A DNA stretch of 64,000 bases from Pocillopora damicornis (GCF_003704095.1 NW_020847516.1:310001-374000), one strand, 5' to 3'. Positions 33,876-59,934 are shown, counted from the stretch's first letter. Made by a program: numbers and translations. Notes: generated from the sequence alone by a model not told the origin.

Positions 33876-36800
33876 ATGAAGGCACCGGTTGTTCTTGTGG
33901 TTGTCATTGTTCTCTGTCATAGCATCAAGGCAGGTGGGTTTACACCACGGGAAACACAGACAAGAAAAGTATTATTTTTGTCAAAGCTATATCGTTTTGT
34001 AATTACTAAGCTTTTTCCAAGTTGTTTATTCCCTCTATAGATAAATCTTCCAGAATGTAACCTCATATTCATGATTGATAGAAAGTTATATTATTTAAAA
34101 CACTATGAATATTTTCTTGCAGTTTAGGTCCTGAAATAAGATTTGTGTGGCTGAAAGCCTTATCTCTAACCATCTTACATCCATTTAGAGTAAACTTCAG
34201 ACTCACTTAGCAACCAGTTGATAAGCATTCATTCAATGGCAAAGTGAGGACGTTGATAATTTCTTGTTGGTAATATGTTTAGATAGTTTTTGTTGAACGA
34301 ACCATTTGTCGGAGAAATTTATAGTACAATTGAAGAAGACGTACAAGTACTCCCCTGATCTTATAACTACGGGCAGAGAAAATATGTAAGAGGTAATTAA
34401 GCCCATTTGGAGCTGCTTGAGAAAATACTATGATCCACAGAACAAAACTATTCGGTGGCCAAAGACCGGAGTTACACACAAAGTACCTTCCAATTCTTTA
34501 AAAGTAATGCGTGCATTTGTCCCGCCTCGAAAACATAACCATGCAGACACAACATAAAATCAGATCAAGGTAAATACAACAAAATCGACCTTCCCCTCTG
34601 CTATGACGTCCGCACTCGTGAAGCGGAGATCGGAGTAAGGAGCTGTTGCTTAGATCCATCTGCTGGAGTCCTGAATTCAGGAATGTCGTCGAGAAGTTCT
34701 TTTACTTGAAACATTTGTCTCCCTATATCTTTTTTATCATTTGTAAGCGCTTTATAGTCGAGTTTAGTTTATACGGGCAAACATTTCCTGAAAAAATTTG
34801 AGTTGTTAGTTACTTGGTGGGAGAAGAGATGGTTTAGAGATCACCACGATGGACTTAAGGTCGAGCGGTGTTGGTTTGACCATTGGCTGGGTCATTGTTC
34901 TGTGCTCTAAGGAAATGTGCTTTACCCTGATAGTGCCTCTATTCATCCAGGAGTATTAATTGGTACCGCAAACATCAGCAGTAATGATTGTTTGGTTCGC
35001 AACATGTGAACTAGTGTCTTCCAGTGACTTTTAGTTGTTCAAAGCAAGCCCTTTATCTTTATTGCAAGATGACAGCTTTAGTGGGGAATTTCCGGGAAGC
35101 GGCGAAAAAGACTCACCTGAGACAAAAACTAACGATGACAAGTGTGAGCCAAACCCGTGCCAAAACGGAGGCACCTGTGTTGTTAACTACGATCTTATTG
35201 ATGGATACAAATGTGAATGTGAAGAAGATTTTGGTGGGATAACATGCAACGGTTAGTTTAACAAACACATGGCAGCATAAATTCACACATTCGTTTCACT
35301 GTTTATATTATGCTAGTCATACCATTTTTCCTAACTTGTTTGTATGTTTTTGTGACAAAGTTGATATTATTACAATTAACGTCAAGGGGTTGTTAAAAAT
35401 TCTTTAGACCGACAAACTGCGGCGGCATTACAAAATCCTGCAACATTACAAAATGCGTAGGTCGCCTTTATTACAAAATGCTGCAGTACCTATTACATAA
35501 TGCGCAAGTTATTACAAAATGCCGCAACCATTATTACAAGACACGTAGGTTATGACAAATGCCGCAGAACACATACCACTGAGCTAAATAGAATTTAATC
35601 GTGAGCCAGGTAAATATCCCTTAACTCCCACGACAGACCAAGACAGAATTTCTCCGCATTATATCAAAACGATATCAAGCAGGCAATTAATGAGAATCAA
35701 GAAAAATATCAATTAAGAGATTATTAGTTGAACCGATACCTATTTCTCTGAGCTTATGTCGTGCAAATCGTATGGCAGACAGTAAGGATAATTAGTAATG
35801 TGAGATCTTGGGAGTGAAAGGGTTCACACGAGACAAACGTCCTATACAAACTGAATAAAGGGGGTAAGTTTCCAAAGAAACTGTGGTGGTGCTTCAGTGG
35901 GAGAGTATAACGAGGTAATTTGGTATTATCAACTGAGTTGATAACGTAAATTGGCCACCGTTAAGAATTTCAAGCGAGTGAGTGAGTGCCCTTCGCTCTG
36001 ACAAGGACTAACGCCTAAAGGTGGCCAATTTACATTATCAACTGAATTTAGGTTGACAGGTGGATGAGAGATTTAGAGGTACAAGCCCTTAAAATAAATA
36101 ATTATAAAATGAATCAAAATGACGTTGCTTTCAAATTAACTGCTATTTTTCTTTCCATAATCGACAGAGCTACAATGCCGAATATCTCTGCCACAATTTT
36201 CGTCTCCTCATTGTGTCGTGAAACGAGAACTCAGCCGACAAATCAAGAAAACTTTGATTCGATTGACCTCGGATAAAGACAGTGACTATTCCAAGTAAGT
36301 CATCAAGAGAATGGGAGCAACACTCCTATTCTGACTTTAATCCCTAACCGCGGCCCAAAGCGCTGGAGGTTAAAGAAATTTCCTCATTAACCTAGTTCCA
36401 AATGAGTTGTTGTGAATTAATTTAAGACGCCTACTCTCTTGCACGCTTTGCTAAGGGAGCGAAATTTAAGTTTATTTTTTCCTCATTCATCTACGAATAA
36501 ATTTTATTTGAACCAACCTTATCATTTGGCTGAAAATGGAAGAATGATTCTTCATTATTCCAAGCAGTGTTAGAATTATTTTGTAATTAGATGTTAAATT
36601 CCTTAAGCAGATCAGAGCACCTGTTGGTACCTACTCTTTCCAAGAAAGGAGCAGCGAGCTTTGTACAAAGCGCGTCTACGGATCCTTTCACAATTGAATG
36701 GTACATGAAGATGACCGATAACGCAGATGTCAATAGAGATCTGGAGTCGCACTTTACGTTAAAAGATCCTCGATTTCACCAAACGCCGACGCTTATTGAT

Positions 36801-39729
36801 TTTGCCATCGTATTTCTGACGTTCTACAAAGAACACAGGGTAAGACATTGTAATACTTAGGCGGGTTGCTGATCCAGATTTATGCCATGCTTGCCTTCCT
36901 TAGAGGGCTCAAATATTGCCCACTTTGATCGCAAAATAAGACAGACAAGTATTACGACAAATGCAGCGAGAAACAAAAGACAAAAAAAAGAAGAACTCCA
37001 GTGACATAATTCGACAATCAATGAATCTTAATATGGCTCAACTCTTGTAGTGCTATCTCCTTATAGAAGGCAAGATAACACAGGAATAATCTTTAATTCA
37101 TTTCACTTTCTAGTTTAATCATTATGGCTTTCGTTTCATGTCCTGTGTAGAAACGAAGTGCTATGAGCTCTTTGAAACTTGTGCCGGCTATTGAAGAAAA
37201 TTTCTTTAAAGATCGCTGCTTTGCAGATCAGCGGGTTGCAGGCGCTAATCCATTTCAACTTTGGCGAGTAACAAATGAAAAAGGTAAATCACTTCACTGG
37301 TTTATGATATTTCCTCGGCTAAACATGCTTGCGAAGACTGAGACATCGTGCTGCAGTTATGCTGGCCTGAGAGATAAACAACAAACAGACGTTGCTAAAT
37401 TTATCAACTTCCTTCGACCGGAAGTCCCTTCGATTTACCTTCTTTTAATTTACAATTGTGAAACTTCCAAATTAGCTATTACATGCAAGGCTGTCCGCAT
37501 TGATAAACCAAATCTAAATTAGTGTTTCACCATTATTGGAGGTACCTTCCATAAGCTTTAGCCCTTCCATCCTGAATCCACACAGGAACATGCCCCGGGG
37601 AGTGAAAACTCACAATGATATGAAAATAACATGGGCTTTTAAATAATATTAGGCTTTTCATGCTCATGCGACTTTACTAGTGGACATGAACACATCTAAA
37701 CGTTAATGAAAATTCTTTCCAATTGTTTTCTCATCATCAGGGGGTAACGGCGTCGAATGGAAGTCTCTTTTTGAAGAGAAACTGAATAAAGATTTTGACT
37801 GGGAGTCGATGTTAAAAGCAGCTCTTGACAACCAAGATTCTCTAGAGCAGGTAAGAAATGTGAAGGTACAAAACAACCGTACTTGATCAAATGAACTGAT
37901 CAATTGAACCATTGACTGACTGACTGAAGGACTGTTTGACCGACTGTCTGACTGACACCATAGCCGAATGAAGGCTGACTAACTGATTTGCAAACAAACT
38001 ATGAAACTCACTGCATCACTGGCCAACTGACTAAGTTCAGTTTTTTAGCAAGGCTCTTTTTGGTTTCCAGTACATGTGATACCCAGCTGAGTTTCTGGTA
38101 AACTTTCAAGTCAAGCAAGTTACCGAATAGTGCCATTGATGGGTGTTCTTTTATCTCCAATAGGCTATAGACAATGGTGATGTTTACGTTAACATTTACC
38201 CAGAACTAGACGGAGTTAAAATGCCCGAGGCACTTTTACGTGACGTTAAATTCAACCATACTGTTTTACAAATGACTTCACCGATTGCTTTCTTCGTCGT
38301 CACAAAAGACGAGCTTGGAATAAAGCGCCTAAATCCCGTGGCTATTCAAATGGACTCGAAGCTAGAGGCGAAAGTTTACACTCCAATTTACGGAAAGGAC
38401 TGGTTCTTAGCTAAGTCATTTGTACAAAGAGCAGATTACAATTCCTTGCATCTCATAAGGAAGCGACTCAAGGTTCATTTGTATCTCGATGCGCCGTGTA
38501 CTTTGGTTGAGAAATACTTCTCAGAGTACCATCCTATCTATCAGGTTGTGCGACAGCACTGTCGAGCTGCTTTGGAGACCAATAAGCTGTTTGAAATCAA
38601 ACTGTTTGGTAAGAGTGTTACCCAATTAAAATCAAACATGAACCTTTTGGAAATGATGTAAAAACCATATTCAATCTTCATTGTGTTATCGGCATTATTA
38701 TTATTTTTCTTCATCATTCAAATTTTAATCAACTTCATATTTTCCCCTAAACAAAAACCCAAAATATTGTAGCTTCAAAAACATCGTTTTAATGTTGTCG
38801 TCTTTCGTTCATAGTTCAATTCATATCCATTTATTCACTAATTCATTCTTTCATTCACTAATTGGCTCATTGATTGATTGATTGACTGATTTATAAATTC
38901 TGTGATGCATCGATTTCATGATCTATATATTGAAGGATTGATGATTGATTCACTAACTACCGTTGATAATTAGGATTACCGTGCCAACATGGGGCTGTCA
39001 CATATGGGGGATATGGATATAATCCATTTTACACTATCAGCCTTTCGCACGCTTGATAGCTTTATTTCTGACGGTATCTATGCATTTTTCCTACAACAGG
39101 AAGAAGTGGTCCAATATACAAGGTTCTAAGTGTTGACTATTCTAGTGCTCTTGAAATTGTAAACAAAGAATACGAACGAATGACTTTTGATGACTTAGAT
39201 TTACTAGAAGACCTCAAGGTTAGTTTGGTGCATGCCACTAAAATATGCATTCGTTTTCTTGAGCATATTGTCACGTTTTGCAAGGTCATGAAAAAGTATA
39301 TTTCGACTAGAAAACGAAAATTTATTACTTGGATTGTAGAGATCTGCTGCAAGCTTAAATCTAACTACCCTTGAAACAAATGTTCACCATAAAATCTGAA
39401 AGTATGATAAAGTCTAAGGCTGAGTAATTTTATTAACAGAGCTCAGTTTTGTATCAAAAATATGTCTTTCTTCCGGCCGGTAGAGCTGTCTATATATCTA
39501 TGTAACAACCTTTACATAGATAAAAGGGGGTAAGCTTCTAAAGAAACTGTGGTGCTGCGTCGGTAGAAGGAGGGGGGGGGTATAAAAAGATAGTTTGGTC
39601 ATAATAGCTGAGTTGAAAATGTAAATTGACCACCGTCTAGAATTTCTAAGCTAATGTTTCGGGCGCTACAAGATAATCTGGTTTTATCAACTGAGTTGAT
39701 AATGTAAATTGGCCATCGTAAGGAGTTTC

Positions 39730-39764
<35 letters not shown>

Positions 39765-41750
39765 GCGTTTCGCAACGAAACAACCAAAAAATTTAGCCGA
39801 CATGCGTATAACCTGTCATGTTTTTACCGTTAGTCATGAAAAAGGTTAACCGTTAAACCTTTTTCCTACAAGTTTTCCTAAATCTAAAATTGACTGCCTT
39901 TTTTTTCTTCTAACAGAAACGAGGAGTCGATGACGTAGAGAAGCTTCCATATTATCCGTACAGAGATGACGGAAAGATTTTGTATCAAAAACTTAGTGAA
40001 TTTGTTGACGCCTACATTGACGCGTAAGTGAATATGCACTCCTTTCCTTACTTTTAAGTAAATTAGGTGGAATACGCTCCACAAGAAGACATTCCCTGTA
40101 TTGCGTATGATTTTCAAGCAGGCACCACTACCTCTCGAAGATGGAAACCAACCTAAATTACCTGCCAACCTAAAATTATTTTAAATGTTCACACGAGACG
40201 TAACAGAGTCTGATTTAACAACTTTTAATTTAGAAAGGAGGAAGTCGCGTCAATTCTCTCGAAACAGGACTTTCCCCCCTGAACCAATGAGAAAGTCATA
40301 TACCCTACTTCCCTACTTTCCAATGTCGAGGTACCGTAAATTCGCCTGGTGAAAAAATCATGTATGAAGGAGAAAGAGTAATTTCCTGATCGCTCCATTT
40401 TGTCTCATCACACTGTTTCTCGTGTGGATCTTGTAGGCAGTACGAAGATGACGACCAGGTGTTAGCAGATAACGAGCTTCAAGAGTTTGCAAATGAGTTG
40501 TCAGCTGATGGTACACATGGTGATTTTGCAGGACTTGGCAAGGTAACAAATATGCTGTGGCACTTTATGCAGAAACGCGATCTTTATTTTTGAGCAAGCC
40601 TAGAAAAGAGGGATTTCCTCTTACAAACTACTATTATGGTTTTCCGATCAGTTCTCAATTATCATCAATTTGGTTCTGTAGAACATTTTCTTTTACCATC
40701 ACTTTTTTCTTTGAAGGTAAAGAAATTCCCAGCCAGCATCAAAACCAAAGCTGCCCTAAGACAAGTGTTAACCACCCTTTTTTGGGCGTTCACTGGCGGC
40801 CACGCAGCAAGTACCTACCCTATACTGGAGTACGGTGGCTTTGTACCAAATGCACCGCACAGACTGTTTGCAGATAGTAACGGCAATACCGAATTCAGCA
40901 ATTTGATGTTTGGAAACAAAGCTGTAGCACTGGTAATAATCGACTTTGGGTAAAAAATTGTAACATTATTACGGGCTCCAATTCGGTGAGCAAAGTTTAG
41001 AGGTTTCGCTTTCAGAGCAATTTGTTGGCTAATTATGCGCCAAAGCTGATAAGCCTCACTCTTTTACTAACGTCATTAATTTACCAGCTGGTCATCGATT
41101 TTTTCATTAATAATAATCCAATAAGCATTTCGAAACCTTTGTGCGCAATATGGACAGGTGGCAGTGATTTTTTGCAGCTCCCTATGACTCACTGCACGGC
41201 AATCTGTGGTAATAATGATCATCAAGAAGTACTTATCGATGAAGAGACCTCTCAATTTCAAAAATGTGATGAATTGACGACATTGCGGCTAAAAGTCGTA
41301 ATTTCGTTAATGGTAAAAAATGGTTAAATTAGAGAATAGTGGCCCAAAATTGGCCCGCTCGACCTCGTAAAACTCGCTTTCCTGAGTTTCATTTAGACAA
41401 ATATAACCTCTTACGCACGGTGGGTATAATTTGATTTCAGTTATAAAAGTAGCCCGCCTTTTGACAGCTTATAAGTTTTTTTCTCATCTTACCTATCATA
41501 ACCTTTTCTACTGTGACAGGAAATAGCCGAACTAAGTTCTAACCTGGCAGGAATTCACCTCGATCAGTTACTCGATTATTCAACAAAGATTGAAGGTAAC
41601 AAAGGCAGAGAAGTAGTTGAAAAGTTTCACGACGAACTCAAGAATGTAGGCCAAGAGATAACCAAAGCCAACGATAAGCGAGTAAAGGAAGGTTTTCTGC
41701 CATATCCATACCTCCTGCCAGAATACGTGTCTAACAGTGCAAGCACGTAA
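33876..41750 (+). CDS. Secreted EGF-lipoxygenase-like protein (~687 aa, 12 exons), with no PLAT domain and substituted metal ligands
   Basis: Exons: 33876-33933 (signal peptide MKAPVVLVVVIVLCHSIKA), 35069-35251 (EGF, CEPNPCQNGGTC...YKCECEEDFGGITC), 36168-36294, 36611-36839, 37151-37283 (DRCFADQRVAGANP), 37741-37850, 38164-38608 (PVAIQM, WFLAKSFV, HPIY), 39100-39218, 39917-40023 (KRGVDD, YPYRDDG), 40437-40542 (DNELQEF), 40717-40932 (GHAAST, FVPNAP) and 41520-41750 (PYPYLLPEYVSNSAST*). Sum 2064 nt. Confidence 0.9.
34815..34970 (+). mobile_element. Degraded tRNA-derived SINE-like relic
   Basis: Eroded A/B-box-like head followed by gggtcattgttctgtgctctaagg...ctttac...agtgcctct...catccaggagtattaattggtacc. 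The same core occurs on the minus strand at ~50125-50278. Confidence 0.5.
35426..35572. repeat. Array of about 7 degenerate ATTACAAAATGC motifs
   Basis: attacaaaatcc, attacaaaatgc, attacaaaatgc, attacataatgc, attacaaaatgc, attacaagacac and atgacaaatgc at roughly 18-24 bp spacing. Confidence 0.75.
35618..35825. mobile_element. MITE-like element with TIRs cccttaactccca / tgggagtgaaagggtt
   Basis: Imperfect terminal inverted repeats around a ~200-bp non-coding body. A related element lies at ~63389-63565. Confidence 0.6.
35855..36046. repeat. Dispersed repeat family copy with a partial internal inversion
   Basis: Same family as 27945-28121. ttgataacgtaaattggccacc is later mirrored by ggtggccaatttacattatcaa. 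Confidence 0.75.
39518..39770 (-). repeat. Dispersed repeat family copy with internal duplication and a degenerate hammerhead motif (39733-39766, minus strand)
   Basis: Minus strand reads gct-CTGACGA-a-GGGC-taac-GCTC-AAAA-CG-TC-agc, a hammerhead core with GAAA mutated to AAAA. Confidence 0.7.
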
Positions 41751-42659
41751 TTGGTCCAGATGGTGTACATTTCTGACGATGGGGAACAATTTTCAATCTA
41801 GAACAGAAGTTTTAATTAAATGAAACATGGCGGCAAAAACGACCTTTTTTTTGTGCACTTAAATTGGTTGTAAAATTAACCAGGGAAAAGCCATTATCAC
41901 AAGCTGTCCTTTCATTCATAATTCAAGGACGTAGTATTTAATTTAGGACGTAGTATTTACAACAATTGCATGCCACATTGAGAAAACTATATAAAGAACC
42001 TTTTCACGCAAATTAAAAAGGCGTAGGATGATAGCTTTGTTGTAATTAAGTATTACATACAACAATAAAATGTAGTCCACATTTTCATACTTAAAATTGC
42101 GTAAGGATGATCATTTGCTTCCAGTTATCAGAGCACAACATCAAATTTTTGAAATAATAAACAATTCTTTTCGCTAAGTTTGTTTTACAATGAATTGTAA
42201 TTGCCCAAGAAAGATGAATCAACTTATAAATACCATCATGGAGACCGAGGAAAGGAAAAGGGAGAAAGTGGCCACGGCCGCGTGGAACTGAGCTGAGTCC
42301 CCTTTTGGATTTTAAAGTCACTTATACGGTCGAAATCAGAGTGTTTATTTCTTCGTTTTCAGTCCGTAACTTTTTAGAGCCGGCGATGAGCTCTATAAAA
42401 AAAGGACAGTTATTGGTCATGTTGTCGCTGAGGAAACAGCGTCACCCAAGACGATCGATATCTTTATTTTTTGTAATCTATTGCTTCTCTAAAGTATTAA
42501 ACGGATCGAACAAAATGTTCAGTCTGCAAACCATGCATCGTTTATTTTCGCATTTTCAGTCAATCGGAAGGAAGCACACGGTAAGCGAAAAGGCTTCGTG
42601 CTTACCTCTATTTGTCTGGAAACCGCAAATAATGTTCCCTATTTCATAAGCCATCAACA

Positions 42660-42868
42660 GGGTCTCAATGGGGTTAACCATTAACCGTAAAATGGCCAAA
42701 AAAGATAGCCGTTAGGAATAAAAATTGACAAATTTGGACCGATAGTCGTAAAAAAAAGTTAACCATAAAAAAATTTTTGGTGACAACAATGGAATGATAG
42801 CAACCGTTAGCCGTAAATTGGCCAAACTTTTAACCGTTAGCCATAAAAGCCATCACCCATTAACTCTA
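42660..42868. repeat. Interspersed repeat containing reiterated (A)ACCGTTAGCCGTAAAA-like motifs
   Basis: accattaaccgtaaaa, gccgttaggaataaaa, accgatagtcgtaaaa, accgttagccgtaaa and accgttagccataaaa. A fragment recurs near 39826-39856. Confidence 0.55.
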
Positions 42869-43035
42869 CCAAATGTTGAATGAAAATGACAGAAGGCTGG
42901 TGCAGCTAAAAGGAGGACACGTCGCTGTCACCGAGCGTCTCCTTCCCAGGAGTCTATAGTGAAACCTACAAAATGTCAGAGACCTGGTGAGGGTAAAATG
43001 TGATAGGCTAACTCAAAACTCAGTGGAAGTTGCAA

Positions 43036-43839
43036 TACTGTACTACTCGAATGAGCACCACCCGCCGCGAATAAGCGCCGCATTCGGGGCAGAAAAGTTG
43101 AAAGGCGCCGCCTTCGAATAAGTGCCGTAGCCCCGGTGCGGCGCTTATTCGAAGAAGTCATGCGCAAGATTCAATGATTCATTCACATTTAGATATTCTG
43201 AGGGGACGAGATTGAAATATGCACCGATTCAGACGTGCAAGAGGCGTACCCTCGTACTCTTGGATCAAGAAAAGTTCAGAAGTTGAGTTAAGACACCACA
43301 GGTAATGCAGTTAAAAAGTGCCAGAAGGGATGAATGGTGATAATCAAAAGACGCCTCTGTTATTTATTATAAAATAATTCAAATAGTACGCGCGCTCTGA
43401 TTGGCCATAAAACCATTTTACATGAGTGTATGTAAACACGGTTTTCGTTCCTCTTTCATTAGTTATTTTATGATCTTTTTTTTATTTTTTATTTTTTATT
43501 TTTATTTATTTATTTTTATCATTATTTTTTTACTTTTATTTTATTTTATTTTACTTGGGAGGTTGGGAGAACACTCGATAAGCTGGAAACCACTCCGCTT
43601 CGCTTATCTCGTGTTCTCCCAACCTCCCGCGTGTTTACATCAGGTTATGTAAACACGGAAACCATTTTACATTTCTTCATTGTAAATTTGACGTAAAGAT
43701 AGAAAATATCCTTTAAATCAAGGGGACATATTTCTTCGTCACGTTCAATTTTTGAATGAGCACCTTCCTCGAACACGCACCTCACTTGAGACGCAAAAAT
43801 TATAGAAGAGCCGCTGCGCGTACTCGAGTAAACATGGTA
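43036..43839. mobile_element. MITE/non-autonomous DNA transposon relic with a nested repeat at ~43362-43680
   Basis: Left end tactgtactactcgaatgagc and right end gcgtactcgagtaaacatggta are imperfect inverted repeats flanked by TA. Subterminal cgaataagcgcc motifs are reiterated. An unrelated cgcgctctgattgg-type repeat with a T-rich tract lies inside. Confidence 0.55.
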
Positions 43840-44025
43840 CTCTAGTCGCTTTATACCACACAAACTAGAATGAATTCTTGTATCCAACCTTATGGCTACA
43901 ATCCTGACATCGCAAATTGAAGCTTATTTTACGAATACTCATTCATTACCTCTTTTATATTATTCATAAAACCCAGTAACCTTTGCATAATCCTCCGCAT
44001 ATATTGAAACAGCGTTTGAAGGACA

Positions 44026-44222
44026 ATAAACTCAATAGCCTCTGTTTTGCGCGAGAATGTATACGGATATTTTTCCTTGGACATTATCTGTTCCTCCAAG
44101 CTCACAGTTTTCCTCGAGCTTTGCTCTCGAAAAACTGTTCGCATCTTCAAGTTGAACAGATAAAGCCTGCGAACAAATATCCGTACGTTTTTTAGCGCCA
44201 AATAGAAGCTATTGCTTATTTA
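44026..44222. repeat. Fold-back (imperfect palindromic) element
   Basis: aaactcaatagcctctgttttgcgcgagaatgtatacggatattt pairs with aaatatccgtacgttttttagcgccaaatagaagctattgcttattt. An inner pairing is acagttttcc.cgagc / gctctcgaaaaactgt. Confidence 0.7.
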
Positions 44223-46324
44223 GTTCCAAATTCTCAATTTCACTGATTAAACTATATTTTATTGAAAAACAGATTATATTTTTCTTTCCTTTTTGTAGTT
44301 CACTCGAAGAAGATGCTAACTTTTTTTGTTTCGTTGTTGCAGGTATTGATTAGAATCGAACTGTTATATATGCATCATTTCAGTGGTCCACGAGGGCTCG
44401 CTGCGATATTATATTTCAACTCAAGAGGAAAAAGCTGAGCTCGAAGTCACGTCCGATGATCAGAAATACACGCTCACAATTGTGACCCCTTGAGTTTATA
44501 TAACAGACAAAACGTTTCTAGCAAAAAAACACTTTAAACTATGAAGGATTATATAATAATGATCATAATCTAAAATACAGAACAGAATAAGATTCCTACA
44601 TTTTTACGTCAAGTTTTGTTTCAAGTCCTCGTTAGTTAGTTTACTATTGGTAGACTGTTTGTTTTACTATGTTTGTTTTTTGTTTGCTTTGCCATTTAAT
44701 TGATGTTTACCCAAACGGCTTGAGCCAGAAGTATCAGCGAAGTATTTCCAGGACAGATAACCTTCCCATGGAACCCCAAAGTTTTTTAAAATCGCAATGA
44801 TCGCAAAGGATTGGAGGATGATAAAATGAAGAGATATCAAGTTAAGATTTGGTGCTTGTGGACATAAGTAAAGCTGTTGCCTTACATAATAAATTACGTA
44901 AACTAATTAGTGAACTGTCTCTCGCTTATAGAGTCTGAAAAAGTAAGTCAATTTGAACTTTACTTTCACAAATTAGGGCCTCTTATCTTCAAGTGCATTC
45001 TCATCCAAAGCTTTTGTTTTCAATTTAACCATGTGGACTCACAAAAAAAACTGATCCCTGTTAGATATCAAGACTTTTCATCGTCTTTTGCTATTCAGCA
45101 CTGGTTGATACCAAACTCAATGTTGTAATATTAACATCTCGCGTCCTTTAAACGAAAATTATAAACATCGCACTCGTTCACTTCATTTTGAACGCTCTCG
45201 CGCATTCCTTCTCAAATTATTTTGTAACTCGTGTATAGAGTTAGTGCTTGATTTTCTTCCTCAACAAGTACAAAATATCAGTGAAATAATGTTTCGCGTT
45301 ATAGAAAGTGGGTGATTTCTTTATCTCGAAGTTGTATCATAAACTTGCATTCTGCTAAAATCTTTCTTTTGCCAATAACTATTGACCATTCAATGCTCTC
45401 AGCTTATGGCATGTGTTAACAGCTTTGAGTGCTGTAACACTTCAATATACTTCAAAAGTTTTCACTTCAAACGCTTGATTACTCAGACACTAAACCATTC
45501 TTTCTGTGATTTATTGTCCATTAAGATAATTTAAAAAGATTCCTGTTAGTTCGGTTGTTTCTTTCTAATCAACTTTTTGCAATAAAGATTTCAAACATCG
45601 GAATTTTTCTGACAAAATTTGATTCGATATTACATCACTGGCACGTCTTAAAGTTTTAAAGACCAAAAACCGTACGGTAATGCTTTGTATAAATGACATA
45701 ATAAAAATGTACCACCAGTCGCAGAGAAAACCATGAAGTTTTGGCGGGTACCAGTTTCCCGCGTGATATCGCGAGATCTCGCTGTTGGATAAGTAGTGCA
45801 ATATTTGCACATTAAATGTCTAAGATGTACTTTCAAAGTTGTACTAAACTAAAACCCTCCAGGTAACTCTAATTCGTTCCACCTAGCAATAGAAAACAAT
45901 GGCGCTATTTGTTTGATTAATGATTTCGTTGGCGTAACAACGCGACGCACTTTTTGTTTCTAAGTTATGTTAAAACTTCACGCTTTATCCGTTTCGTTCA
46001 TAAACAAATACCGTTGGTGCACGCTTTAATTGTTTGCAAGTCAAGCGTGGCCTCAACTTCCAAATATGGACCAGGTAGACGATCGGAGCTCTGATTGGTT
46101 AGCGCCACGACGCTTTCCGACCCTTCTCTCAACCTATGAAGTCATTGGCGAAGTAGGTACAGGTCCAGGCTTCCATCGTAGTCTGCTGCGGGTGGTCCGC
46201 CAAAAGCCAATCTCTGGCTGATTTAAAATTCTGAGATAGCTTTTGACTGGTAAATGTAAGAGAGAAATATCTGAATATTTCGCTTTGGTTTTTGTCGTCT
46301 GAGGACGGCCTTATCTCATTTGAG

Positions 46325-58615
<12,291 letters not shown>

Positions 58616-59934
58616 ACTCCGAGTAGGACAGAAGAGTGACTAAGGCCACGAAAAGCCTTCAAATCGAGCCATAAATGAAGTCATGTACACATAGGGTTCA
58701 AGCTACAAAAGTGACATTTAGTTTACTATGTTGGCATGACATACGTTTGTATAAACAGAACTTATACAATAGGCTAGATATCTTTAGTTCCTTCATAATC
58801 ACAAATGTATTCATTCAACCAGCCATTCCTTGACCAGTGCCTGAAAAAAAAAATGTAAAGTTGATTTTGTTTGTTGATTGATTCCGTAACATGCTATGGG
58901 TTTCTCTTCCCATGGAATTGCAGCTTAAACTTTTTAAATTATATTAATTGTTTTAAGCATTTTGATTAAGGTCTGTTAAAGACCTCTACTGTCACATAAA
59001 ACCCGACGACTTTCTCATACAGGGACTTTGGTATGGTTGATAAGGACAATAGGCCAAGCAGGGCCCGATGACGTCATTGTACAAGTTTGCAAAGAATGCA
59101 GGGAATAAAAACTCGAACATTTCAAGATGTGGGGAGTTGTTTATTTTAGTAATTACTAGTAAAAGTTCAAGCCCTGCGCAGATAAATAAAACTGAATTAA
59201 CGACCAAGTAATTGTAACCCGCTTAATAGATTTGTAGCTTTATGGTCAGATAATTAAAAATTGTAAATTTGATCTATGGATGTAAATAAATTTCTGAAAA
59301 CAAGCAATCGGGCGTCAAAAGTCATATTTGAAATATCAATTTATTTCCCATACATTTTATAAACTATTCTAGATTTGCATCTCTAACCATAAGCAACAGT
59401 TTTTGTAAATGAACATTGGAATGAAGTTGGTAAGGGTAAAAATCACCGCAAGTAACGTTCAAAATCCAGCTGCCCCAGGTAACTTTGAAGAGCTACCTTT
59501 CATTTCTACTTTATCTCTTGCCGGTATAAGACAGGCCATTATACAAATGAAGAGCCCCTTTTTATCTTGAAAAAAAAAATTCATCATAATATTACACACA
59601 ATTTTGGGACTGACCAATCTAGCAAGGCACTTTTGATCAGCAGCCAAATTCTCTGATGTCATGGATCAGTCCGCCCGGGAAAGCTGGGAACGTCGATCCG
59701 AACTTTTCTTTTTTGTTATACATATGTTTGACTGTTTATATATTTACTTTCATTAATTTATGACTTACATAAACTTCCTTGCAGTAGCCTTATCATCATT
59801 TCACTGAAACGTTTCTTTATGGCTATTTTGCGCCCTTTACACGATACCATATTAAAAACCACACATGCTCTTTACATTCTCAAATTATGTTACAACACTA
59901 AACTCCTTTTCATGTCATCTTTAGAAATCCATCC

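Noticed and set aside
34815-34900. tRNA gene (also ~50200-50278)
   Set aside because: Only eroded A/B-box-like heads attached to a SINE-type body are present, and no cloverleaf can be drawn.
33876-41750. Allene oxide synthase-lipoxygenase fusion
   Set aside because: No catalase-like AOS or PLAT exons were found. The N-terminus is signal peptide + EGF.
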